NCBI GenBank assembly: GCA_964016885.1
Contig: OZ024743.1
Span: 178,002,001-178,066,000, forward strand
Origin: Eledone cirrhosa
Taxonomy: Eukaryota
DNA: 64,000 nucleotides
Direction of reading: 5' to 3'
The first letter of the stretch is position 1. Every line of letters starts with the position of its first letter. Made by a program: the position numbers and the translations under genes. Below are positions 26,461 to 41,477 of the stretch, piece by piece. A model generated the notes under the pieces. That model did not search any database. It had not been told where the DNA came from and saw nothing but the letters and a program-made list of their open reading frames with translations.

Positions 26461-27232
26461 AAGTTATGAAACGAAAGGAGCTGTGTGGTTACTAAAAACA
26501 AGGTTTAGGATGGTGGTTAGGACGAAAAAGGACGAGAAAGGAAGAAAGGAGTATCCATCGTCAGCTGTAAATGTTTCCCGAACCGATGTTTCAGTGCTGA
26601 ATTACAGGACATCGGTGTATTCCGGGTGCGCCCGAGGCCTTTTATTAATCAAAAAGGCCAGGTGGATAAGGAGAGAGAAAGAGAGAAAAATAGGGTAGAC
26701 AAAAGGAGAGAGAAAAGGAAAGAGAGGGAAAGGATGAAGAACAGGGAGGAAAAGGATGAGGAGAGTGGAAGAAAGGGGGAAGGGAAAAGGAATAGGAGAA
26801 AAAAAGTGTACAGGTCCCATCGTGGAAAGACACGGGTGAAAGAAATATGGAAAAAAGTAACCGTGGAAAAATAGGGAAAGTAAGTTGTGGCCAACCTGGG
26901 AGATTTTAGCCTGGTGGTCAGCTACGACTCAGAGCTGGTATAATCGTGCTGCCACTCACATAGACAGGAGAAAGTGAGAGAAAGACACGGGCAATCAAAA
27001 GTGAGCAGGAGAAGGGAAAGGGAGATAATCCAGAAGGGTAAATATATATATAGTAATAAGAATATTTATATTTATATATTTATATGTTTGATACAACTAT
27101 AAATATGGAGGGTAGTACTAAGTACTAGCCGGTTACCGGTATGACAAAAGGCTCAATGCAAATTTTCAAGTGTTTTACAGAGCCGAGATACAAAGTGTTA
27201 AAACGATCAAATTTTAGTTTAGAACATTTATG

Positions 27233-27279
27233 CGCTGACAATTGTTTCTTCCAGAGGGGGGTCTGGAATCATCGGAGCA
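27233..27279 (-). ncRNA. Hammerhead, U4C core variant
   Basis: Minus strand: TGCT-CCGATGA-TTCCAGA cccccc TCTGGAA-GAAA-CAATTG-TC-AGCG; GUC site. Confidence 0.7.
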
Positions 27280-27726
27280 TAGGGAATGTCAAAACATGTG
27301 ACTAAAATCCTAGGCATTCAAAACATTTATGGTACATAATTGTTGTTAGTGTCATAGACATCATGTGGAGAGTCAGGAGTTAAAAAGATGTTATGCTTGA
27401 GAGCATACAATTACATGCAGCACTGGTTGAAAGTGTAAGAGGTATAAACAAAAAGTACAGACAAACAAGTTATAAACCATGAAATATGTGGGATAGGATA
27501 GACATAAGATATAAGATATAAGATATCTTAACATTGGAGAACAGTTAATGTTATGGGTGTACAATGCAGGAGTCAATACAGTCAATACAGTCAATACAGT
27601 CAATGAGGAAAGAGTTATAATGCAGTTGAAATAAATATATTTCGTGTGGGAAGTTAAAGCATGTTATAAGTGTTAGAAATGTTTAAGATAGCGTGCAATT
27701 TGTTAGAGAGAGACATGTGGTGATAA

Positions 27727-27981
27727 TGTAGGTATATGTTATGTGAGGTGTAATGTAAAGTACGTGATAGAATTGGATAGGTGATTTTCATTCAAGTATT
27801 TTTGTGTTGTAGTTCGTAGGTATGTGTATATGTGTAAGAAGTATAAGCAAAAAGTACAGCTGTGGGTTACAACCAACATATACACATACATACGAATACA
27901 ACACAAAAACACTTGAATAAAAATCACCGATCCAATTCTATCACGTGCTTTGCATTACATCTCACATAACATATACCTACA
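27727..27981. repeat. Diverged inverted repeat (27727-27833 / 27876-27981) abutting the LINE 3' end
   Basis: Arms of about 105 bp with scattered mismatches. Confidence 0.7.
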
Positions 27982-30340
27982 CAAAAGACGACGGCCACCC
28001 GGGTCACCAGGGCGAGCGACCTCTCTCAGTTTTCCCACTCCTCAGTCTACAGGCGCATACTCAGAGCGGGCCCGTTCACTCGGACCAGACTCGCCACTTT
28101 CACCCACCTTTCAACAAACTTACTAGAAGACAGCACTTGCCTCTCCACCCTAATTTTCCTCTTCAAGTGAAATTGAAAAATTTAATCAGCGATTGGCCGG
28201 AGAGGAAAGTGTCTGTCTTCAACTCTTTCAACCTGTCCACCATACAATCTCTTTCGCCATGGCCACCAGGCATATGGAAACTGCCAGCCCTTCCTACTCT
28301 TTAAAGGAGGATGGTGGGGCTATCTGCACAATGGACTCAGTCGATAACCGGATCCGTCCTACACACGACAGCAACTGTTCGACATAGCTCCGTAAGTCAA
28401 CAATCCTCGAACGGGCTCGGCTGACAGCACCTCCGTACCTGTAGAGCTTATCCCGGACCGGCAACGCTTCCCGGTAGCATTGCCAGGCCAGAGATTTCTG
28501 GAAGTTTTCCATAGGCCACGGGCTGAAAGTTCTCTTAAAGAGAGCGAACAGCTGATCGTCTTCGACGCCAAGGGTCTCCTCGAGAACGTCGTCGCTCTTC
28601 CCCTCCACTAGCCCTCTATAGAACGCCGAGGTGGATGTTCCACCGATACTAGTGGCCAGCTGGTAGAGGGCGGTGAGCGCTCGGAGACATTCCAGGTTCC
28701 AAGCGCTATCCCTCAGTCTTTTCTTGATCCAGGACTGCAGCTCCATCAAGGAGACGAGCTGGGAAAAGCGTGTCTGGGAAACGGCGACCCCACCTGTTCA
28801 CCGTCAAGGAAGCACCAGTGATGTCGCAGCCTCAGTGCATGTTTGCACATCATCAGCCACGGCATGCCCAGTCCTCCACGCAACAGGTGTTGACAGCAGA
28901 TTGATCGTCTGACCATGGGAGCACGCCCCTTCCACAAAAGGCGGAAGAGAAGCGGTTCCATTTTGGTCAGAGTTGGGCGGGGGCATGGTACGACGGTCAG
29001 GCGGTAACAGATGAGTGACGCAATGTACGCATTCGCCACCACCGCCCGACCTTTCAGAGACAGCCTCCTCTCAGCCCATTTCTGGGTGAGAGAGGCCACA
29101 CTGATCATCACCTTGCTCCAGTATTTCTCCATCTGGAGGTCTGGACCGAACCAGACCCCCGAGAAATTTAACCGGTCCTTCCGTCCAGCGCCCCACGACG
29201 CTGTCGGAGGGCATGGACTTGCCTCTCCGGGTGCCGAGTTGCAAGACCACCAACTTTTCCTGGTTTATCTTTGCTCCTGTCACCGCTTCGTATTCCTTGG
29301 GAGCGGTGGCGATCATCTGGGTGTGTTTGGTGCTCGACACGACCACGGTGACGTCGTTGGCGTAAGCTGACACAGATCTTCCGCATCCCAGTTCGAGTGG
29401 GACCCCCCTCATCGTCTCCAATTTGTGCAGTAACGGCTCGAGGGCCAATACGTACAAGAGGGACGAGAGGGGACAACCCTAGCGGACCGAGCGCATCATG
29501 CTGAAAGGCTGTGACAGGTGACCATTTACCCTCACGATCGAGCAGATGTCGCTGTGCATCGCAGCAATCCAGCCCCTAAAAACGGGCCCGAAGCCAGCCG
29601 CCTCGAGGAACGCAGCCAGGTGCCGATGGTCGACCCTATCAAATGATTTAGATTGATCCAAGTTGATTATATCCCCACCCATGCCAGGTTCTTTAATCAC
29701 CCTCTCTATGAGGTATCGCATGAGATGGAGGTTGTCGTGGATGCATCTGTCCGGAATGGCGGATGTCTGCGCCTCTCCCACCAGATCACAGACGACAAGC
29801 GCCAATCTCTTTGCTAACACCTTGGCCAAAATCTTAAACTCTGCGTTTAATAGAGTTATGGGCCTGAAGTTTTCTATACCGTCCCCCTTTTTCGGGTCTT
29901 TTCTAAGCAGCGCCACCGCTCCCTGGCTCTCAAAACTGGGAATGCTCCCGTTCTGCTGCCAGTTGCAGTAGAAATCTGCCAAGAGGTCGCCGATCAAGTC
30001 TGTGATATACGCATAAATCTCTTAGGGCAGACCATCCAAACCTGGCGATTTACCCCTCGTGCAGTCAGCAATCGCTTCCCGTATTTCACCTGCTGTTATT
30101 GGCTTTTCGCTTTACTGCGCTGCAGTCGTCGAGAGCCACGGCAATCTGTTGAGGTATGCACCGAAGTCCATACTCCAATCCGGCCTGCTGCCGCTCTCGA
30201 ACAATTGAGCAAAGTGCTGTTGAAAAGCCTCTCACATCTGTTCGTATTCCAGCAGCATGCGCCCGTTTTGATCAGCAAAATCCGAATTGTGGATTTGTTG
30301 CCACGTCGCGCCTCCACCACCCGGGCTAATTGAACGGCTT

Positions 30341-30390
<50 letters not shown>

Positions 30391-31413
30391 CCCCCCCTGT
30401 GTCTTAGAGCACGCGCTCTAGCTCTGATAACGCAGCCTTCATGCTTTGAGTTGAAGAACTGATCGAGTGCCAATCTCGCCGCAAGCAGTCGGTTGCGATG
30501 CCTGTCCTAAACCCCTCTTCCTGCTTTCTAACTAGCTCTCCATCTACTCTATTTTCCTCTATCACTACCCCTTTGCTAAACCTTATCGATTCTACTCTAA
30601 TAGCCCTTTTCATGGTAAACCACCACCTGTTGTTGACAATCGCACCCGTCAATGCACGCTTAACTAATTCGCTAATCCGGTCTCCGTAAACTTTGTGCGC
30701 CGGGAACGACGCGTTCAGCTTCCAGTAATTGGGCCCTTGTATATGGAATCTATCTAAGTCAACTTCACAGATCACAAACTTGTGGTCCGTGTAGTCGACT
30801 ACTTTAAATTGTGGACAGCCTACACTAGCCTTATCTGTTTCCTTACATAATACCCTATCTAAATACGATCTGGATGACCCGATGCGGTTTGCCCATGCCC
30901 ACATTGGCACATTCGGATAATCTAGTGTATACCTGTCAGACAGTTCAAAACGTCTGAGCAGGTTGTTGAGGCTTTTACACCCTCTTCCCCTGTCTACTAG
31001 CCCCACATAATCCCAGCGTGCATCTAAGATACCGTTCCAGTCACCCACTAACACTGAAGAGCGGGACGTTCCAAGAAAGGTCTCTAGACGTCTGAAGAAA
31101 TCTGACCGTCCTGCCCCTGTTGTGGCGTAGACGGCTACTCGCCTGAAAGCATTGTCTTCGCTGCCGGTCACATCCAGCACCACCGACCACCTTCTGGTTC
31201 AGTAACTCTTCCCCCCGATCCTGGACGGCTGAGAGATGCGTATACAACGTAGCCGCCGAAGATCGGTGTGAAGGCTCGTGCTTCGGAGATTCTGGTCTCG
31301 CTGATGGGCACCACATGTATGTTTAGTGACCTGAGGTCGTTGAGTAGGTGACCTTGCTTCTAAGATGATCCCAGGACACGTACATTTACATTGCCTATTC
31401 TAAGTATGGCCAT
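27982..31413 (-). pseudogene. L1/Tx1-like LINE ORF2 (APE endonuclease plus reverse transcriptase), frameshifted
   Basis: Starts MAILRIGNVNVR; VLVGDWN, SRSYLDR, YTDH, WKLNAS; SPGLDGLP, FRPITLLNAEFKILAKVLAKRL, LDQSKSFDRVDH, GCPLS, AYANDV, GGLGMP. Confidence 0.92.
30342..30390. repeat. (GTC)n microsatellite inside LINE ORF2
   Basis: About 16 units; gives poly-T in the minus-strand frame. Confidence 0.95.
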
Positions 31414-31444
31414 GCTGGGCGAGGGACGGGTAAGTGAGAAAGGA

Positions 31445-33475
31445 TCATTTACCTTGATCGTGTGGGGAAGGGACAGTAGAACCGTCCCTTCGGCTGGTCA
31501 TGGGTGTCTGCAAGATGATATCTGCATAGATTCTCTTGGAGAGTGACCCTCTCAAATCCCCAACTGCATTGGGGAATTTTTGCTTTAATTGTTTGTAGTC
31601 TTCCAGTTTAATTTCGACAATTGTAATGTTCTGGGGTAATGTTCTTGGTGTTGGTGGGGTGTGGTAATTTAAGTCTGAGATATCGGTGTGATGTGTTATA
31701 TGTTCCATTAATCCTTTGTGTGCAGTGTTTATGGCTGTGTACTTTTTTTTGGGGGGGGGGGGGGGTGATTTTGTTGCTGGTTTTTCTTGTTGTTGCTGTT
31801 GGGTGTGTGTGTGCTTTGTTGTGTTTGAGATGTTGGTGTTTTTGGCGATGCTGGTGACGGTGTGGTTGTTGTTGGTGGTGATGTTTGTGGTGGTGATGGT
31901 CATGGTGCTGGTGTTGCTGCAAGTCTCATTGCAGCCTTTACCCCCTCTTTCTTTGCCTTCGCTTTTGGAGGGAGAAGTTGAGGTGTTTTTTTCGTTTGTT
32001 TTTTTATTTTGTTGTTGACAACCGTTTTCCACTCGTCAGCCGCCTCATACTCCATGTCCGACTGTGAGAGGTCGGGGAGGGGTATGAGTTCTACCCTGTT
32101 ATTTGTCTTTGTTGTTGTTGGTGGTGGTGGTGGAGTATGGTGGCCGTTCTTGGCACAGGTGCAGCTAGTGCAATTGTTTCTGTTGCTGCAGTTGCCGCCA
32201 CTATTTTTGTTGTCCGTGGCACGGACGTTGTCCTCCTACTCTCAGTAGAAGCTCCTGACTTTTCGCTGACTGCTCTGTGTCTGATGGCAGCGGTTCCGGC
32301 GTTGGAAGGAGGGGAGACTTTCGCCTTTGTTATTTTCTGTGGGCAGAAGGTCCTGAGGTGAGATTTCGATCCACAGTTGAAGCACTTTGGGCCCCTTCCT
32401 TCCACAGATATGGGAAGTTGGGAGCCATTCGCGAGTTCTATTACGTCTGGAATAGCGTTGATGCAGTCCTAGTCAGTTTGGATGAGCATCTCCATTCCAA
32501 TACCAGACCAGTCTTCTCTCCCCAACTTCTGTACCTGTAGAATGGTTGTTCTATCCTCGATGCTCGCAAGAACAGACACGATCAGCCAAATTACGGGTAC
32601 GTAGGGCGGGACCTGGGTTACCCTCACCTATGCAATTGTTTTCCCGCAGTAAAACGGGACTAACGTTATGTCATCACTCCGTAGGTCCTCAGTGAGTGCG
32701 ATTTTGCTTCCTGGGAAGCAAAAAGGACGTCCACGGTAGCATGTTTCTTGCCACGGGTGATGTGGGTTTTCCATGCCCACACAGTTCCCAAGGCCTTCTC
32801 GATTTGGGCCTCCGAGGCTCTCTCCACACGACGCGATTTCTTCGCAATTGTGCGGTATGACACTGTGCATCACTCTTGTTCCTCCAGGAAGTCGGTTGGT
32901 GGTTTCAAGGACACTAAAAATTCAGTTCTGGTTACCATGTGTCTTGCGACCGCCCTCTCCTCCTCTGTGATCAGGACTTTTTCTACGTTGCGAGCCACCT
33001 TTGCAAAACAGTTGGTCCCTTTTTCAGTGGCATCATTGTTGCCGCCGCTACTGCTGCTACTGGTATTGTTGTTGGTGCTGTTGTTGGTGCTACTGCTAGA
33101 AACAGTGTTGTTGGTGTTGTTGCTGCTGTTGCTGCTGCTACCACAGGTGTTATTGTTAACACTGCCGCTGCTGCTGCTACCTCCTTTGTTGCCAAATTCA
33201 CCAGCAGCAGCAGCCACTTCTTGACCGCCGCTTGATGAAGAAGAGAATGAAATGGCCTTTGCCTTGCCTGACTTTGATGATGAAGAAGACGAAAAGGAAA
33301 GCGAGACTCCACGGTGACAGCTTGGTGAAGAAAGAAATTGTTGTGAGGGAAGACAAGGTAGAGAACGATAGCTTGGTGAAGGAGTAATTTTTGTGTGGAG
33401 ACATGGTAAAGAAACACACTTTTTGAATGACGCCATTTTTCTTTTTTTTTTTGTAGGCGTATTGGCTAAATGCAA
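31445..33475 (-). pseudogene. LINE ORF1 (gag-like, CCHC zinc knuckle, N/S/T-rich low-complexity regions), disrupted
   Basis: EGRGPKCFNCGSKSHLRTFC; lies directly upstream of ORF2 on the same strand. Confidence 0.75.
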
Positions 33476-33774
33476 ATTTCAAATTGGAATTTAGCCTCGA
33501 AGGGCTAATTTGGACCACCTCAAAAGAAACGGGGTGTGTGTTTAAATACAAAACAATGTAAATTTTGATAAGTTCGCAATAAAACTTTAAAAATCACAAA
33601 CTTACGGGAGCAAAATTTTCCTACGACCTGTATACTTCCACAATAATAATAATAATAATTATTATTATTATAATTGTTTCTACTTTTGGCACAAGGCCAG
33701 CAATTACCCAGTGCATTACTGGTACTTTATTTTATTGACCTCGTAAGGATGAAAGGCAAAGTTAATAAAAATAT

Positions 33775-34140
33775 TGTGCCTGATTGTAGATGTAGCCTGC
33801 CCATTTGACACGAGAGTGCAAGAAAAGGAGAGGGAGAATATTAACCGATACCAGGACTTAGTGGGAGTTAAAAAGGATTTGGAACTGCCATGAAATCAAG
33901 GTCGTCCCGATTGTCATAGGCGCACTAAGTACTATCTCAAAGAGTTTCCAAGGATGGTTAAAGAAGATTAGTCCAGCCCCGCTTTTTGGAACACTTCAAA
34001 AGGCATGCTTGCTTGGAACAGCAAGAACCCTCCGATACGTCCTGAATGTTTGAGGCTGCAGGTAGCGGCTTGATATTCATTTCAACAAACCTTCCAGTTA
34101 AATAACAACAATAACTGAGACTCAAAGAACAATAATAATA
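33775..34140 (+). mobile_element. 3' end of a REL-endonuclease LINE (R4/Dong-like)
   Basis: IVDVACPFD..EKE.E...RYQDL...RIWN..VVPIVIGAL..LQKACLLGTARTLR, followed by a (TAA)n tail. Confidence 0.75.
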
Positions 34141-34665
34141 ATAACAATGATGAAATTATTGTGTACAGTGCTCAGGTGCACTACAACTCATCAAAAGTGC
34201 ATGTACTGTACATAGAATAATATACAAATGTCAGGAAAGTGAACAGTGTATGTGTCATGATATACATGTTTGCGTGTGTATGGAGCGGGAATACTGGGTG
34301 TAGTGTTGGCGAATTTCAGGAAGCTTGACTGTTTGAAAGGATGCAGTGTCCCGGCAGCTAACGGTAGTTTGTTCCATGCTTCAGCAACTCTCAGCGTACA
34401 AAAATGTTTCCGAACGTCATGGGAGCTGTGCTGTTTTCTGACTTTGTAAGCATACCACGGGTGTTAGACACGAGGAATTCAAGAAGGTGTTCATGGTTGT
34501 TTTTAGCAAGATGGTTAATAATTTTGTGGGTGTTTACCAGACGTCGTAGCATCAATATATCTATGCCCAGGGAAGCAAGGCGTTCAGAGTATGGTAGATG
34601 CCTTATGGAGGACATTCGCTTGTATGCACGTCTCTAAACAGTTTCCAGGATGTTAATTTTCTGAG

Positions 34666-34670
<5 letters not shown>
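34130..34670 (-). mobile_element. CR1/L2-type LINE ORF2 C-terminus and 3' UTR
   Basis: INILETV.RRA.K...RHLPYSERLASLG...L.LRRL...KII...NTRG. Confidence 0.8.
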
Positions 34671-34715
<45 letters not shown>

Positions 34716-34717
<2 letters not shown>

Positions 34718-34747
34718 CCTTTCGGCCGTTAGTCCTTCATCAGAAGA
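34716..34747 (-). ncRNA. Minimal hammerhead truncated at its cleavage site by (TA)n
   Basis: Minus strand: tctt-CTGATGA-A-GGAC taac GGCC-GAAA-GGTT, then (AT)n; resembles 54287-54322. Confidence 0.55.
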
Positions 34748-35999
34748 TAGAATGAGAAATACAAGAATATATACAAAGATAGACGAGAAAGAAACGAAGA
34801 AACTGTTTGTTTTGTTTTTTTCATTCACGTCAGGAGAACACATATGTATTTAGTCAGCTATATCGGGTTACGGCCCTGAAGGGTTTAGAGAAGTCATGGA
34901 CAAACTGTGGCTCATGAGCCGTATATGGCCAGTTTGACTTTTTGAATGGTACGCTTAATTTCAAAATTGTCTTGAATTTTTTAGCAGTACGGCCGCTTTA
35001 TGAAGACCGACATTCTATGCGACTCACTGCTCGAAAAAGGTTTCCCATGTCTGGCTTAGACGATTGTATTGATCCCACTAATTCTTTACTAAGTATTTTA
35101 GCGGTTTCTGTTAGTCGAACAACTATTTCATCAGGCATATACATGCAGCACCGTTTGTTAAGCGATATAGACACAGAGCCAAACAAAGAAACACATATAT
35201 TGACATACAAATACACATATACACACATATACACGTTATCTAAATGCACGTGATTTCTTTCTTTATATATATTATATAGAGATGAGTTCTACAAAATTGG
35301 AACTGTTTCATTCGTATGTATGTAGGTAGGCAGGTAGGCAGGTATGTAGGTGGGTAGGTAGGTAGGTATGTAGGTAGGTAGCTAGGTAGGTATGTAGCTA
35401 GTCTTCATTAAGATATCTCTCTAGGAGAAGGTCACTCTGATATAAAATCTGCAACTTCATTTGTATCCAATGATGTAGACCAGTTCTTCTTTTGGGGTAT
35501 GCATTCGATGTTTAGTGAGTGGGATTGGTTCCGTGCAAAGCCTTTCCTCACTTAAAAAGGCTTCAAGCATAGGCATCGCTTGATATGTGACTAAAACGCC
35601 ACGTCCGTGATGCTCATGCTTCAGTATTAAGCGATGGCATTACTCGAAATCGAGTTGCAGCCATCATGTTGCTAGCTAGGTAGTATGTATGTATGTATGT
35701 ATGTATGTATGTATGTATGTATGTATGTATGTATGTATGTATGTATGTCCTTATGGTTTTATAATTTCACAAAGTTTTACCAATAGAGAGAGTCGGTTTC
35801 TAACATAGATATAAGACTCTCTCATTGGAATTTACACAACATCAACTAGGTAGATATGTATGCATGCATGTCTAGGTATGGATGTTATTTTATGTGTGGA
35901 TGTGGATGTTTTGTGTTGTATGTGTGCATGTGTATACGCTTTGCATCTGTACATTTGTATATACAGTTATTAGATGCAACATTTTTGGAATGTTTTACA

Positions 36000-36570
36000 T
36001 ATTTTTACTGTTCCATTAATGGATAACACTTGTAATTTCCTAACTAGTTGTGTTCTTTCTGTTCCTGTGAAGCCCAGCTTCTCAAGATTTGTATTGAGGC
36101 AGTTACTAACATCCCAGTGCCCCAATAATCACAGGCATAAATCTGAAGGTATAATCAGGGTGGAGTATCAGCAGATTTCTCATTAGTTCTGCATAAATAT
36201 TCTCCTTTTCGCTAATCTTTGATATTATATTGGCATCTGCTGGGCAGCTAACTTCCACTACTGTGCATGCCTTCTTTTCTCTGTCCCATATAATATCTGG
36301 TCTGTTATGCCTGCATTTTATTGGGGGTTTTTACTAGAACATTCCACCAGTACTCTTTCATATTATGAATATCTATGTCTTCCACATTGCTGTAGCTTTT
36401 AATGTATTTATTATCGGGGCTATCTTTTCTACGGATTGCATTGTACAGTGATTTGGCCGCTACATCATGCCTCGTAGGTAGATAGTACCGCGGTGACATC
36501 TTTAGACTGCAGAGTCTGCACTTGTTATCGCATCTCGGTGCTTTGCCTGCATCTCTATTTCTTTTGTTAT
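36000..36570 (-). mobile_element. REL-endonuclease LINE C-terminal fragment
   Basis: CRLC..RHD..HNRPDI..D...C..VEVSCP.D..EKE..Y..VIIGALG on minus. Confidence 0.7.
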
Positions 36571-36929
36571 GTATGTATGTATGTGTACAACAGGTTTCAG
36601 TAGAGTTTCTGCCTACCAAAGTTTACGAGGCAATGACGTACCCGGCGCTATATTAGACGACACATACCCAACATCCTACGCAGTTAGAGCGAAAATATAT
36701 TTAGATTGTGAGATGCGAAATTCGTAACACCACCACCATGCCAACGCAAACAAACACACACACACACATGTAAAAATATGTGTGTGTGTGTGTGTGTGTG
36801 TGCGCGTGTGTGTGTATGTGTGTGTGTGTGTGTGTGAATATTCATTTACAATTTTTCTGGTTTCAGCCCTTCTTCAGGAGTACAAAATAGAGACAGGATC
36901 ACAACGGAGAAACAGAAAAAAGGGATCTT

Positions 36930-37039
<110 letters not shown>

Positions 37040-37894
37040 TCAGATGTACATATGTGTGTCTCTATAATCTTAATCATGAGACAATAGTTAGCATCTTAGA
37101 ACCAGCAATTAGGACAAGATTTAAACTAAAGACCTCAATCTATGGGTTTTTAATGTTGATGGGTGGCAAAAATGTGTTAGATATTATAGAAACAAACATT
37201 TCAGTTATAATTTCACAAATTATTTCTTCTACGAATTCTCTGAAATCACGAAAACGCTAACAATTTTCATATGAAGTATATGTAAATGCGTGACGTCCTA
37301 ACGAATATCCTCCACTTCCAGCTAACTTACCCTCAACCTCTGGGTTCCGGCTGACAGGATGGAGACTGCATTACGTCAGAGGATGATGATTGAGGCGTGC
37401 TGGAACAGCCACTCCACGTAGCAGGGCTTGCTATTTGGGTTGTGTCTGGTTAAAAGTTCTTAAGGCTTTATCCAAACACATAGAGAGAGAGAGAGTGCGT
37501 GAAAGAGAGTGAGTGAATGAGTAAGAGGGAGAAAGAGAGAGAAACAGAGACACAGATAGATAGCTAAGTAGAAAAATGGATAGCTAGATAGATAAATATA
37601 AATGTAGATAGATATAGATATGCAGGTGTGCGAGTATGTGTGTATTTGTTTGTGAAATATGTAGTCGTCCAAACAGAAGTAACTACAATAATAGTCAATC
37701 ACTATGAATAATTGCTGTGGTCATTTCTGCTTTGGGCCGACTTCATTACAAAGCACACATTTCCTTAATGCATTTTAAGTCAACGGTTGAACAAATAATC
37801 ATACATACATTGTCTGTTGACCCTGTCATAAACAGGTGAAAGTAACAAGACTATTTAGCTTTAATAAATGAACACACAAACACACACATATATA

Positions 37895-38691
<797 letters not shown>

Positions 38692-38970
38692 TATATATGT
38701 GTGTGAGTGTGTGTGTGTGTGTGTGTGTGTTAGGTAACTGTGTGTGTGTTAGGTAACTGTGTAACAATAGTTACAGGCGGCGCGATTCGGGTTGAGATGT
38801 GTCTTTGCACATATAACATCACGTATGTGATGAGATGTCAAAAAAGAATCGGGCCCCATCACCTTGATTGTACCCTGAGTTTATCAATATCGAAACTATT
38901 GAAATATGCCAGTTAAGTTAGTACATATGCTGCAACACTTACTTAGACTCTTTAAATCTCTCTCACTCAC

Positions 38971-39009
<39 letters not shown>

Positions 39010-39133
39010 ATATATGTATATATATATATAGCAACGAGTAGGACCCCGACGGCTGAGCTCAAGCCGTTTCGACGGCTAATTGAGTACTTTGGTGCGTTAT
39101 GGTCCATCTGGTTCCTTACCACATTTCCTTCGT

Positions 39134-39209
<76 letters not shown>

Positions 39210-39226
39210 TTGTTGCTCTGAAATAG

Positions 39227-39259
<33 letters not shown>

Positions 39260-39745
39260 AAAGTTAAACATACCTTAAAAGTTACAAATACCTATTAACT
39301 TTTAAATCTTAAAATATTATTCATTACCCTGAAATAACTTAAATTAAATATTTTGAAAATTAACCGCCAACTATGTTATTTTGAACATCTGTGTATATAA
39401 ACTTGAACATAATTTACTTCCCTTTGTCTCTCTCTTTAATCATCTTTCATCTGTTTTTTCAAGCCACCTACTAAATATATTATCACATCACCTGTTTCTT
39501 CCTCTATGCTTTCCTTTCATTCCTCTTTTTCCAGTGGTTTTAAAAATTTAAAAATAATTTTATATCTGTTATATTGATGCCATGTATTTCTTAAACTCTC
39601 TGACACGCACCCTCTCTATTGTCTGTATTATGTAATCTCATGTTCTCAATATTAGGGTATAAATATTGAGTTTTGTCATAAGTTAATCACCTGCCATGAC
39701 TGAAACTTAACCATCTACTATGTCAGGGTATGTCATGTATCATTT

Positions 39746-39812
39746 TATTTTATCTGATGAGGACGTACTGTTGAACTTAACTCAGTACCTCTGAAATATG
39801 TATAAGAAAATA
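39746..39812 (+). ncRNA. Hammerhead of the same type as 16354, 45687 and 59691
   Basis: tattttat-CTGATGA-GGAC GTACTG..CAGTAC CTCT-GAAA-TATGTA-TA-agaaaata. Confidence 0.65.
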
Positions 39813-40109
39813 TAATTGATCACAAGAATATCTATTTTGTTAATATTTTGAATTAATACTATATATATATACATCCCCAACAGAGAGAATAAAAACAATT
39901 TCTGTCATTAATAAGCAAGATATCAAAGAATAAGACAGCTAGAACTGTTTAGATCAGCGAAGCAAATACACAGTTTATGCCAAAGTCTATATATATATCA
40001 ACTAGAAATTTATTGACATATATATATATATATATATTTATTAAAATAACAGATTAAAGTTTAAGCAAACGAGCCCTCTTTGGATTTTAGTCTTCAAATT
40101 TATTATTAT

Positions 40110-40171
<62 letters not shown>

Positions 40172-40293
40172 CTAAAATAAACACATGAAACAATCACAAG
40201 GGATAATTATCCCCTGTGATTGTTTCATGTGCTTATTTTTCTACAGTGTTATGGTGCATGTCTATCGGACATGACACCCTTTATTTAATTGTG

Positions 40294-40366
<73 letters not shown>

Positions 40367-40599
40367 TTATCACGGGTTCAATCGGGGGTAACTACAGTAA
40401 GTAAGGTACTCAATACATAGCAGAGTATAAATATTTTATATGGAATGGCCTCAACAGGACTAGAACTGTTTCATTCGGGAGAAATCATCAGGAACATATA
40501 TATATATGATATAGGGGTCTTCCAATATACATCCTGGTAAAGATGGGAGAAGCTCGATGCTATCCAGTTTTCTTACACCAGTATTTCGAACTCGGCTGA

Positions 40600-40648
<49 letters not shown>

Positions 40649-40929
40649 TACTTGGGGAGGGTCATATTATTCTAAGAATATTGCCAGAATTAATAACAGA
40701 ACACACTCACTGTTTGGTTGGTTTTCGCTTCTGTATCTTTTATATCAGTTAATTTATTCGGTCCTCAATGTTTACCATTGACTAACTAACGGTCAAAAAT
40801 ACAGATATAATATAGACACAAACACATATATATAGTCTAACAAAGTTCTTTCGTTGCACATCTGCAACATCGTCAGTGGTGCTATTATGTTTCCTCCTGT
40901 TGTATTGTATGTCTACGCCATCTTTATAT

Positions 40930-41272
40930 ATATCAACTAGAAATTGATTGACCTATATATATATATCTAAAATAAACATATGAAACAATCACGGGGAATA
41001 ATTTGTAAAAGTGTGTAAGCACACATAGCTATGTAGGTAACCGAACGATTGATGGGGAAATATATTTCTTTAATGAAATATATACAAGGAAGATTAATCC
41101 ATTTATAAGGTATCTATTTTTATATATATATATATATAGGTCAATCAATTTCTAGTTGATAAAAAATACTCGGATCTATTCATTTGAATCTTGGAGCATA
41201 TTCTACAGTGGATATGGTGCATGTCTCTCTGACAAGACAACCCTTAATTTAATTTAATTTAATTTTGGATAT
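40930..41272. mobile_element. Rearranged pieces of the 6618/54440 non-autonomous family (also a small palindrome at 40173-40240)
   Basis: atcaactagaaattgattgacc inverted to ggtcaatcaatttctagttgat; GAAA-TATA-TA-caagg half motif; tail ..ttttggat(TA)n. Confidence 0.65.
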
Positions 41273-41477
41273 ATATATATATATTAGATTAGAGCAAACA
41301 TCACGGGCGCTCTATCTCAAAATTATTTTTGAAAGGCCTAGAAATGCGCAACCGGTAAAAACTTAATACCAAAACTGAACTAATACTATTACTAATTTTT
41401 ACTTATTCCTAATTAAACTATTTTTCACTGGGAACAATTTGTCAGCATTTTCTTTTCCTTTTACCAATATATATATA

